Origin: a candidate division WOR-3 bacterium
Lineage (GTDB): Bacteria; Hydrothermota; Tepidihabitantia; B3-TA06
Reading direction: 5' to 3'
Assembly (NCBI GenBank): GCA_965649265.1
Contig: CBFGKC010000011.1
Span: forward strand, 1 to 60,442
Length of the DNA: 60,442 bases
This document shows positions 7,795 to 16,818 of this stretch, piece after piece (position 1 is the stretch's first letter; each line of letters opens with the position of its first letter). The position numbers and the translations under genes were made by a program. A model generated the notes under the pieces. The model was not told the DNA's origin and searched no databases. It was given only the letters and a program-made list of their open reading frames with translations.

Positions 7795-9492
7795 CTAGTC
7801 CGCCTGGGGTGCCGGAAGAATGGGCAGTGGCTGCATACCGGCCTTGCTCTTGCGAACCTCCATCTCCGAGAGAAGAATGCTCGGCGCGACAACGGAAGAG
7901 TTCCCCCCCTCCCGGGTTAAAACTCCCGGTTCAGAACCTGCGGCTATGATTCTCGTAAATGTTATGAGCGGCGACGCAGGAAGCGCTTCGACACCGCGTT
8001 CAAGCTCCTTGCGACCGTCCGTGTAGAGCCTGTAAACCTCCAAAGGCTTGAAGGAGCTTGATGACTCTCCGGCGCCTGCAAGGTTAAACACCATGCCGTT
8101 GATGATCAGGGTATTGTCGGCGTTTCCTCCACCTCCTTCGTCGAGACGTGCTGTGGAGATGATGAGACCATAAGGTTTTCCGAGCTTGCGGCATTCGGCG
8201 ATTAGCGCATTCTCGAGACTCTGCTCGCTTTGCGGCGCCGAGGATTCGAGAATGAGGTTGCCCGCGCATACCCTGTCGGATCTGAAGTGACCGTTGGATT
8301 TTTCAAATCCCTTGACGGGCGAGCGGGAAAGCAGGACGTTCTTTAGGATGCCTTGCGTGACGAGGTTGACCCTTTGACCCGCAACGCCCTGGTCGTCGTA
8401 GCGGTAGAAACCTGCAAGTGGATGCCCCTTGTAAGTCGCGATGGTCGGATCATCGTAGATGTTGATCGAGGGAAGCAGGATTCGCTGTCCGGCCTTGTTT
8501 TCGATGCCTTCAGAGGAATTGGGGGAACTTTTTTGTGCCGTAAGCAGCGGTGCAAGTTCTGCGGCTACGTACACCGGCGAAGCCGGGGACTTTATGAGGA
8601 CCGGGCCTGCGTATGATTCGCAATCATGTGCGTTACGCAATCCGGTAACCCCATCGAGCATCTCTTCAATACCCTGTTCAATCGTTTTCGTGTCAAAAAG
8701 CCCGTCAACGGACGCGAACCTTTGCTCAGTCGATATCGGCATCCCGTCCTTTGAACGTGTGAATGCCGAAACGACAATGATGTAGCCGGTATTTCCTTCC
8801 TGTATCCTCGAGCCTTCGCTAGAGACGAAGTAGGAGTTCAAAGCCCTTGCCTCGAGCGCCACGCTGGAAATCAATATATCCGGATACTCGCTGAATATTG
8901 CAGATAAAGCCTTTATGCGCTCTTCCCACCCTGGCTTGTCGAGATCGAGCGCAACCACGCTGCCGATGTAGTCGGCGGGCTGCTGAATGCTGAAATCCGC
9001 CTGACTTTCTTCGCCCGACACAAGGAGTGTCTGCTTGACTTTTTTGGAGTAATCCTCCAGTGCCTTTTTGTAAAAGTAATCGGTGGCAAGCCACAGCTGA
9101 TGCTTCAGGGCATCGGTATCATTTTCACACGGCAGGTGCCTGTATTTGTAGGAGTCGCCACTCTCCCAGACGGAACTCTCGAGATTCGAGTTGTCGAGTT
9201 CGTAGTCGCCTACACGAAGATCTACTTTCAGATTGCGCGTATCCGATTCGTCGGATTGAACGAGCGTTCCAAGGCTCGCCTTTATCGTGACGGTCGAGCT
9301 GTCCTGTACGAGGTAGCTGATGAAATAGGGTCTCTCGCGTCCCTCGATCCGGAGATCCTTCATCGAGCGATCGAGTTCGGAGCGCATTGCCTCAAGAATA
9401 GGGGAGGGGGAGGCTCCCTGCGGTGTGCCGGGGGTGGCCAGAACAAAGGTGCTCAGGGCGAGCGAAAGTAAAATTGTTTTCATCCTTTTCAT
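7795..9492 (-). CDS. exported TldE/PmbA-like subunit (non-catalytic)
   Basis: Paralog of 9504; DDPT..YRYDDQGV..LVTQGILK..SNGH motifs; lacks HExxxH; signal peptide. Confidence 0.85.
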   Translation of the reverse strand: MKRMKTILLSLALSTFVLATPGTPQGASPSPILEAMRSELDRSMKDLRIEGRERPYFISYLVQDSSTVTIKASLGTLVQSDESDTRNLKVDLRVGDYELDNSNLESSVWESGDSYKYRHLPCENDTDALKHQLWLATDYFYKKALEDYSKKVKQTLLVSGEESQADFSIQQPADYIGSVVALDLDKPGWEERIKALSAIFSEYPDILISSVALEARALNSYFVSSEGSRIQEGNTGYIIVVSAFTRSKDGMPISTEQRFASVDGLFDTKTIEQGIEEMLDGVTGLRNAHDCESYAGPVLIKSPASPVYVAAELAPLLTAQKSSPNSSEGIENKAGQRILLPSINIYDDPTIATYKGHPLAGFYRYDDQGVAGQRVNLVTQGILKNVLLSRSPVKGFEKSNGHFRSDRVCAGNLILESSAPQSEQSLENALIAECRKLGKPYGLIISTARLDEGGGGNADNTLIINGMVFNLAGAGESSSSFKPLEVYRLYTDGRKELERGVEALPASPLITFTRIIAAGSEPGVLTREGGNSSVVAPSILLSEMEVRKSKAGMQPLPILPAPQAD

Positions 9493-9503
9493 TTCTTCCT
9501 CCT

Positions 9504-11261
9504 TTACAGCTCGGGTTCGCTCAGACCCTCTCCCTTATTGGATGGCGAGGAGGGTGAGGGGGGTAAAGAGGGTGGCGGCAGTATGGGCGGTTTACGATTG
9601 CTTGCCTGCTCCTTGGCAATCTCTATCTCGGAAAGAAGTATGCTTGGCGAAACAAGGCCCGCCGGGACGGCTCCCGACTCTGCGCCGCAGAAGCCGTTGA
9701 AAATCTCAGGGTCGTCGCCTGCCGCGACTATCTTGTTAAGCGCTGCCAGCGGCGTACCACCGAACTTGACCCCGCGAACAAGCTCCTCCTTGCCCGTTTT
9801 GGCATCCACACGGTAGACAAGGAGTGGGTTTGACTGGAAAAGCTCCATGAAGCTCCTGCCGGTATTGGTGGCACCACCCTCCGAACGCACAAAGATGAGA
9901 CCGTAAGGTTTCTTCTGTTTGCGGCATTCGGCAAGGAGAAGGTTCTTGAGGTCGGTGAAAGATGTCGGCTTCGAATTCTCGAGAATGAGATTTCCCTGCC
10001 TTGAGACCGGCATATCGCCGTAGCCCGCGTACTCCATCTGCGCGCGTCCGTGCCCGTTGGAGGACGCAAAACCCTTTATGGGCTTGCGGCAGCAAAGGAA
10101 TCCTTTCAGCACGCCGTCGGTAATAAGCTCGGTGCGCCTTGATGCGACACCCTCGTCGTCGTAGAGGTAGGAGCCGTTTAACGGCTTTCCTGCATACTCC
10201 TTGACGGTCGGATCGTCGTAAAGTGAAAGAAAAGCAGGCATGATTCTTGAGCCTACCTTATCCTTGAAGGTTTCGCCGGATTCCCTTGATTCAAGCCTCT
10301 GCGATTCGAGCCGGTGGCCGTATGTTTCGTGAACGAAAACCGCCGCGGCCCGGCCCTCCATAAGCGCGGGACCGACGTAGGCCTCCATCACGGGCGCGTT
10401 CTTGAGCGCAATAACCTCACCGGCAAGCGCTTTTATCTCCTTGCGTATCGTGGAATCGCCAGGCAGCTCGTCCTCGGTCCAGCCGAAGAAATTCCGGAAG
10501 CTTCGAACCCACATGCCGTCATCGGCCTGGGTGGAGGCGCTGATCCTTATCCAGTAGGCTAGACTGCCGTCCTGAATCTGTGACCCTTCACTCGAGCAGA
10601 AGTAGTTGTTGCGCGCCTCGACCGAAAACGAAACACTCGATTCCTGTATATCGGGATACTCGCGAAAGAGCGTGGAGAGTTCTTTCACCTCTTTTTCCCA
10701 CTTCTGCCGGTCAACTTCCACACGCACCTCGTCGCCGACATATGTGACGGGTTTTTCGCGGCTGAAATCGTCCGAGCGTGCCTCGCTCACCTCCGTTGCG
10801 CGTTGGCCTTCCTTCCTCGAATACTGCTTGAGCGCCTGCTTGTAGCGTATGTCGGTCGCAAGCCACAGCGCGCGAGAAAGCAAGAGGGTGTCATCGGTCA
10901 ATGGAACCGGAATCCTCCTGTATTCCTCGTCGCTCTTCCCCTTCTCCGGGTCGTAATCGTAAATCTGGTCCGCGGAAGGCATGTTGTCGAACTTGTAGTC
11001 GCCGACCCTGACCTGGGCGGTGAGTAAACGCGTGTGAGTGTCCGAAGAATCCATAAGCGCGCCTAACTTTGCCGAGGTTGAGAATTCGGCGCGGTCAATC
11101 AGATAATAGCTTATGAAATAAGGTTTATGCTCGTGCTCGATCTGGAGCTTGTTCATGGAGCGGTCAAGCTCCGTTTTCATGACATTCAAGATGGGGTTCG
11201 GCACGGCCCAAAGGGAAAGGGTCGCCGTAAGTGCCGTTATCACCAGATACTTCACTCTCAT
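9504..11261 (-). CDS. exported TldD-like zinc metalloprotease
   Basis: HETYGH (HExxGH), YDDEGV, SNGHGR, C-terminal GFCG Cys; signal peptide. Confidence 0.88.
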   Translation of the reverse strand: MRVKYLVITALTATLSLWAVPNPILNVMKTELDRSMNKLQIEHEHKPYFISYYLIDRAEFSTSAKLGALMDSSDTHTRLLTAQVRVGDYKFDNMPSADQIYDYDPEKGKSDEEYRRIPVPLTDDTLLLSRALWLATDIRYKQALKQYSRKEGQRATEVSEARSDDFSREKPVTYVGDEVRVEVDRQKWEKEVKELSTLFREYPDIQESSVSFSVEARNNYFCSSEGSQIQDGSLAYWIRISASTQADDGMWVRSFRNFFGWTEDELPGDSTIRKEIKALAGEVIALKNAPVMEAYVGPALMEGRAAAVFVHETYGHRLESQRLESRESGETFKDKVGSRIMPAFLSLYDDPTVKEYAGKPLNGSYLYDDEGVASRRTELITDGVLKGFLCCRKPIKGFASSNGHGRAQMEYAGYGDMPVSRQGNLILENSKPTSFTDLKNLLLAECRKQKKPYGLIFVRSEGGATNTGRSFMELFQSNPLLVYRVDAKTGKEELVRGVKFGGTPLAALNKIVAAGDDPEIFNGFCGAESGAVPAGLVSPSILLSEIEIAKEQASNRKPPILPPPSLPPSPSSPSNKGEGLSEPEL

Positions 11262-11359
11262 GCCGGCCTCCTTGGCATTGTTGTTTGACGTACAGACAAC
11301 TCCCCTCGGAAGTTCCTGTATACTTTTTTGACGTTAGAATTCGCTCAAATGTTGACTTA

Positions 11360-11847
11360 AGCCCTCCTCAGAGCCCCCCTGATCCGGTTGTTCGGTCGAA
11401 CGAAGTTCGACAAGCGACATCCGATGTCGCCGGCCTCCCTCAGCCCTCCTCAGCTTTCCTCAACTTTCGTCAGTGAACTTTCTTTGAGTTTTGTTTTCAT
11501 TTTTTCTAAAAAAAAAAGCTAAGGATTATGTAAATGCCGATGGCGGAAAGCGCAGCTTGCGCCCAGCGCCTCCGGCGCTCCTCATTGAGATGTGTAATAG
11601 TATGACTGCAGAAGCCAAAGGCTTATGCCAATGCGCCTCCGGCGCTCGCCCTCACTCAGAGCCCTCCTCAGGAACATTCTCAGTAATCATCACTCTGGCT
11701 TTCAGAATTGAGTTCGGTCGAACGAAGTTCAACAAGCGATATCCGATTTTCCCGCCCTGTTTGCAGAAAGATAACGACAATTAGAATATTTCCCTGATCG
11801 CCGGCAAGGCGGTACGGTGTGTTACGGTGTGTTACGGTGTGTTACGA
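11360..11847. repeat. composite intergenic repeat island
   Basis: CCCTCCTCAG units, two GTCGAACGAAGTTCrAC palindromes (11395, 11717), GCGCCTCCGGCGC dimer (11566, 11633), tandem GGTGTGTTAC (11811-11846). Confidence 0.8.
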
Positions 11848-11890
11848 AAGCCTTCTCAAATCCTTTTTTAAAAGAACCTAAATATCCGAC

Positions 11891-11918
11891 TTGACGAAGC
11901 TTAATTGAGTACTATAAT
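11891..11918 (+). promoter_or_regulatory. sigma70-type promoter
   Basis: TTGACG-N16-TATAAT. Confidence 0.8.
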
Positions 11919-12026
11919 CTATTGCATAAATAATACCAGTTCGACCTGTGGGAGAAAAGGCATTTCCTGGTAACGGTTAAACATCTCCTGCATGTCGTTA
12001 GCTTGATCTGGATAGAAGGAGCAAGT

Positions 12027-12293
12027 ATGAGTGCCTGGAGTCCTTCTAACGAAGAGATATTTTTTCTGCTTCGTTATATTATGGGGTTCAGGATTATGGG
12101 GAACTCGAAACAACACATAAAGCTATGCGACGGCAGACACACCGTTTACGTGCCCAATTTACCTCGAAGCCTGATTGATGACAAGAAGCTATCGCGGGAG
12201 TTAAAGCCTGTTTTTGACGATACTGCAAGCCACATTTATCTGATTTCTCATACACTTGCAAGAAAAGTGAGGTCCTGGTCGGAAATATACTAG
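12027..12293 (+). CDS. HicA-like small protein (paralog 5, retains His)
   Basis: AAGGAG RBS; EIFFLLRYIMGFRIMGNSKQHIKLCDGRHTVYVPN...PVF...VRSW. Confidence 0.7.
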   Translation: MSAWSPSNEEIFFLLRYIMGFRIMGNSKQHIKLCDGRHTVYVPNLPRSLIDDKKLSRELKPVFDDTASHIYLISHTLARKVRSWSEIY

Positions 12294-12443
12294 GCACCAT
12301 CGAAAATATCCGCGAGACTTCTTTCTGAATGCGCAATTGTCTTAAAGAGGGGGGGGGAACCCTCAAAAATAAGTCGTAACCAGATATTGAATTTTGCGTC
12401 TAATGGCTTATAATCTCTTGCAAGAGATAAACCGGAGGAAGCC

Positions 12444-12536
12444 GTGAAGAACAAGAGTCTCGACATCTACAAGATAGACGTCGAAGTCATAGACTGGCCC
12501 GAACCAAAGATCAAGATTACCATCTGGGTCGTTTAG
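12444..12536 (+). CDS. 30-aa microprotein (not in ORF track)
   Basis: TTGAAT-N16-TATAAT (12387-12414), GGAGG RBS, GTG start; MKNKSLDIYKIDVEVIDWPEPKIKITIWVV. Confidence 0.55.
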   Translation: MKNKSLDIYKIDVEVIDWPEPKIKITIWVV

Positions 12537-13250
12537 ACTGATTCAGTACGCTGGTCAATGGCCGTCCGACTGCTGGTTCGCTGACTATTGTCCGCCGACC
12601 AGTGGTCCGCCGACCACTTGGGCAGGCCATTATCTTGGTTCGTTCCCATTTTAAGGCCTGAATGAGCAAGATTTTCCAGGTACATAAGAATCCCCATACA
12701 TAAATCCAAAGCATTGAATCATTGGCTTTTTTCGTTTCGGCGCAACCTTTCCCGACCACTCCGCGTCTAATTTTCTGCTGAGGAGGCTGATCCCTTTTAC
12801 CGGAGATTTAAGAGAGTAAAGGTTGTAAAAACCTGTGTTCTCCAAGGGTCAAGCTGTCTCCATAAGGGGTCAGGGGGCAAAGAACTTAAGTTCTTTATCT
12901 CCAGAATTTATAAACTGAACAATCTCCTCCGTGATCGCCCCCCTGTCTTAAATGGCAGGGGGGAATTGTTTACACCCCGTGATGTTGCATTGCACCATCA
13001 CGGGGACCCACCCTCCTCAGATCCCTTCTCAGAACCTTCCTCAGAACCCATGCGGAATTCCATTCCACTTCTGGTGCTCGCCTTCCTCAGATACTTTCTT
13101 CAGGGCTCCTCATCAGGTTTAAGACCTGGCGCTGATTATTCCAAGAACTCGCCGCATTACTTCTTGGGGATCCCGCTGGTGTGAACACCTTGACAATCAC
13201 TTAGAAATCGTTATCCTACGACTGCTTATTCAATCATGGAAGGAGAACGA

Positions 13251-13856
13251 ATGAACAGGATAACTAAATATCTTACGGTGCTTTTTCTGGCAGGGCTTTC
13301 AGGATGTTCAACGTATGTTCTTCAAACCCCTCAGGTCGTTCCTCAGGGCAAGGTCGCCGGCGGCATAGGCCTCGCAGGGTTGACGATAAGTGACTTTCCG
13401 TTTGCCGTTCCGGGAATGTGGGTCCGCGCAGGTGTCGCGCCTGGTCTGGATATCGGTGTGCATTCATGGGGACTCGGTTTCAAGGTAGACGGAAAGTACA
13501 GCTTTTCCGACTGGATAGGAGTCGGCGCGGGTGTTTCGCTTGCATCTTTTGGAGTACTGGTCTACGGAGGCGAGGCTTCATTGTATGCAGGAATTCCGGG
13601 AAAGGTGCTATACCCTTATGGCGCGGCAAGATTGAACATCACTTCGGCATCATTGTCCATCGCCGATAATCTTGCCTGGGCGAATGTTTCTACGTTCAGA
13701 ACCGTCCTTGGGCTTCGCCTCAGGATAGGTGAGATGTTTTCCATCTACGGCGAAGGCGGGCTTGGTGTACCTCTCGCAATAGGCTCTGCTGCCGGTACAA
13801 TCACGGATTTCGATCCGGGTTTCGTTTACGGAATAGGCGTTTCGGTAGGAAATTAA
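13251..13856 (+). CDS. lipoprotein with predicted small outer-membrane beta-barrel
   Basis: GLSGC lipobox; paralog of 6917; promoter TTGACA-N16-TATCCT (13190-13217); AAGGAG RBS. Confidence 0.78.
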   Translation: MNRITKYLTVLFLAGLSGCSTYVLQTPQVVPQGKVAGGIGLAGLTISDFPFAVPGMWVRAGVAPGLDIGVHSWGLGFKVDGKYSFSDWIGVGAGVSLASFGVLVYGGEASLYAGIPGKVLYPYGAARLNITSASLSIADNLAWANVSTFRTVLGLRLRIGEMFSIYGEGGLGVPLAIGSAAGTITDFDPGFVYGIGVSVGN

Positions 13857-13861
13857 TTTAA

Positions 13862-13892
13862 TCCCTAAAAAACACAGGATGTTTTTTAGGGA
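13862..13892 (+). terminator. hairpin downstream of the lipoprotein gene
   Basis: TCCCTAAAAAACA/TGTTTTTTAGGGA inverted repeat; no clear U-tract. Confidence 0.45.
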
Positions 13893-14206
13893 ACCCTCTT
13901 CTACCCCATAAATCACAGGGTGATTTTATGGGGGCCCGGCCCTCCTCAGAAATCTGTATGTCCATTGTGAAAATCTGAAAGGGTTTTTTCCTAATCGCTA
14001 GTAGTGAAAAGATGGGGTATGTTATGGGTCAGATGCCTGAACCTCAACACAACGCCCCGCCGGTGAGTGTCCCGGTCTCTCAGAAGCGTCGACTCTTCGT
14101 TATCAAATGCGAGAAATTTCAATCGGGCTCATCGATCGCTTTAATTGACACAGCTTTCTTTTTAAGTATCATTCTAATTAATCCAGAAACCTTTACGGAG
14201 GATTGA

Positions 14207-15337
14207 ATGTTTCTTAAATCACGGTTTTTGGTGTTTTCTGGAGTGGCTCTACTTATCTCGGTTTTTACAGCTTGCACACCCAAGGAAGAGGAAAAGACCC
14301 TTGAGGTTACCTGGGATGTTGCTTGCGATAATATAGGTTATCCAAAAGCGCTTGCGGCCGATGCCGGTAATGTGTACGTCATCGGATTCAAGATGATTCG
14401 AGCCTACGATAGCAACGGTAATCCATTGTGGAGCAAGACCTTGAACGACTCGGTTTCAGGCCGGGGCCTCACGTTGGATGAAGGCTACCTTTACGCAGTC
14501 GGCGAAAAATCAAATCCTGACAGCATCTGGATGGCAAAGCTCGACCCGTCGTCGGGTGATTCCATATGGGTGTCGTGCTTCGGGGACCCCTCGGGCTGGC
14601 TTGGGGCAAACGATATCTGCGTCCGAGGCCCTTATGTCTACGCTGCTGGAATGGTGGGGGGGACGGTCGCCACCGATTTCTTCATCCTCGAAAGAGATAA
14701 AATCTCGGGAGCCTACAGCTACCAGTGGAAGTTAAACGAGAGCGAAGGTGGTTCGGAGGAAATGCTGATAGCCATAACATCTGATAATACTAGCATATAT
14801 GCCACAGGTCATTTGATCTTTTATTACGGGTGGACACTAAAGATACCTATAGAGCCTCACGAGCCCGGCTGGCCGGTGGAGTGGGGGGTGAAGTATGACA
14901 GCCCTTATATAGATAACATGGGCGATATCGCAGTGGATGAATCGGGCAACTCCTATGTTGTGGGCGAGACGAATTCAACCAACTCTCGTGAAGCCGTCAT
15001 CGTGAAGTATAACTCCGCCGGAATGCAGCAGTGGTACAAATCACTTGCATATGATTCCACGTACGCCTCATTCTCGGCGGTTTGCCTTGACGACTCGGGA
15101 TACGTGTACGCGGCGGGTTTAGGCTACAATAAGCAAGACGGTGTGGGTAACGTGCTCGTGTGCAAGTTCAATCCTGCCGGCGAGATGCTCTGGCAGTATC
15201 GTTATGAGAAGAGCTTTGAAAGCTACGCGTCCGATCTTGCAATAGCAGGCGATAACGTTTACATTCTTCTGAGCACGGCATCGGGCGCGAGCGTCGTAAA
15301 GTTCAAGAATTTCTACCCTCAGGGCTCGGGTTCTTAA
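14207..15337 (+). CDS. beta-propeller (SBBP-like) lipoprotein
   Basis: FTAC lipobox; IAVDESGNSYVVG and VKYNSAGMQQW repeats; promoter at 14145-14172. Confidence 0.85.
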   Translation: MFLKSRFLVFSGVALLISVFTACTPKEEEKTLEVTWDVACDNIGYPKALAADAGNVYVIGFKMIRAYDSNGNPLWSKTLNDSVSGRGLTLDEGYLYAVGEKSNPDSIWMAKLDPSSGDSIWVSCFGDPSGWLGANDICVRGPYVYAAGMVGGTVATDFFILERDKISGAYSYQWKLNESEGGSEEMLIAITSDNTSIYATGHLIFYYGWTLKIPIEPHEPGWPVEWGVKYDSPYIDNMGDIAVDESGNSYVVGETNSTNSREAVIVKYNSAGMQQWYKSLAYDSTYASFSAVCLDDSGYVYAAGLGYNKQDGVGNVLVCKFNPAGEMLWQYRYEKSFESYASDLAIAGDNVYILLSTASGASVVKFKNFYPQGSGS

Positions 15338-15399
15338 CCGAATTCTTTGTGAGAAAACCCATGAATACGAAACAATCCGGGATTTCAGGAGTAACAACA

Positions 15400-16755
15400 A
15401 TGAAAATGAATAAGAGTCTTTCAGTTCTGCTCGGGGTGATTGCCGTGGTTGCGGGACTTTCAGGCCAGCCCATAAAAGAGGTCTGGGACATCCAGTGCGA
15501 CAACGTGGGAATGGTATGGGATTACGACATGACCGCTGACGCATCCAACGTCTACATCGCAGACTTTCTTACCAACGGTACGCTCGTCAAGGCTTACAAT
15601 AGAGAGACAGGCGCGCTTTTGTGGACCAAGCAGTGGATGGACATCAAGCTCCACGGCGGCCTCTACGCGGACGGCGGATCCGTCTACATCGTGTCTTCGA
15701 AGGAGAGCCCTTACTCCCTCTACATGGCAAGGCTTGACTGCTCCGATCAAACCATCCTGTGGGAAAATGATTATAATACGAGTTCTGATCCCATATACGG
15801 AAACGATGCGGTCGTGAGAGAAGATTACGCCTATGCGGTTGGCGCCATATCGGGCACGGGCGGCATGGATTTCTTCATCCTTGAGCGTAGCAAGAACACG
15901 GGTGGAAAAACATGGGACTGGCAGTTCAATGAAGACTATAACGAGATAGGCGAGGCTATCGGTGCCGATTCGAGGGGAATCTATGCCACGGGTTACCAGA
16001 AATCGTTCAATACGCCGTGGACGATCAATATCCCTATCGCCGACCCGAACATCGGCTGGGCCCCTGACTGGAAGAATACCTACACAACGGGTCAGAGCTA
16101 CACCTATGTCGAAAACATCGCGGTCGACACCGCAGGCAACATCTTCGTCGTGGGCGGAACCTACGACGGCTCAAGCTCGTACCAGGCCATAATCATCAAG
16201 TACGACAACGCCGGAAACGTGAAATGGTTCAAGACCTTCCAGTCGGGCGGCACAGGACTCTTTAAATGTGCGGCCACGGACGACCTGGGCAATTTGTTCG
16301 TTGGCGGAAACGCTGCATCCGCAGGTGTCATTGCCAAGTACACGCCGGATGGCGATCGCGTGTCGCTCTTCTATAAATACGCTTCAATCGAAGCGCTCTG
16401 CTGGAAGGACGGCTATCTTTACGCCGTCGCATCATACAACGACGGCGCTCAGTACTACACGCATCTCCTTAAGTATAAAGATCTCAATGTCGTAGAGGAG
16501 ACTTCGCCATCCCCCTCCTCCCTCGACCTTGAAGTCAAGGGCACCTGCGTCTCTTACACGATCCATGTGTCCGGCAACGTCACCCTGAAACTCTACGACG
16601 CATCGGGACAGCTCGTCTCCAATATCTTCTCCGGAGCGGTATCCCAGGGCTCCCATTCTCTCAATCTGAACACATCCTCGTTCGCTCGCGGCTGCTACTT
16701 CGTGAGGCTTGCGACAGGGTCTGCAGCCGTGTCGAGAAAGGTAGTAATCAACTGA
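15400..16755 (+). CDS. beta-propeller protein with T9SS C-terminal sorting domain
   Basis: AGGAG RBS before ATG 15400; IAVDTAGNIFVVG; CTD LKLYDASGQLV...GCYFVRL...RKVVIN. Confidence 0.85.
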   Translation: MKMNKSLSVLLGVIAVVAGLSGQPIKEVWDIQCDNVGMVWDYDMTADASNVYIADFLTNGTLVKAYNRETGALLWTKQWMDIKLHGGLYADGGSVYIVSSKESPYSLYMARLDCSDQTILWENDYNTSSDPIYGNDAVVREDYAYAVGAISGTGGMDFFILERSKNTGGKTWDWQFNEDYNEIGEAIGADSRGIYATGYQKSFNTPWTINIPIADPNIGWAPDWKNTYTTGQSYTYVENIAVDTAGNIFVVGGTYDGSSSYQAIIIKYDNAGNVKWFKTFQSGGTGLFKCAATDDLGNLFVGGNAASAGVIAKYTPDGDRVSLFYKYASIEALCWKDGYLYAVASYNDGAQYYTHLLKYKDLNVVEETSPSPSSLDLEVKGTCVSYTIHVSGNVTLKLYDASGQLVSNIFSGAVSQGSHSLNLNTSSFARGCYFVRLATGSAAVSRKVVIN

Positions 16756-16818
16756 TCCTTTCATCGAGGAACCGGACCGAAGCCTTCCTCGATTGCGAGT
16801 TCAAAGAAAGGAGGACGT

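Noticed and set aside
11491-11784. ORFs across repeat islands (also 3368-3604, 3617-3805, 12966-13184)
   Set aside because: These are translations of repeat DNA without start signals.
12561-12620. Three degenerate 14-15-nt tandem units (GTCCGCCGACCA..)
   Set aside because: Too short and seen only once; no function can be supported.
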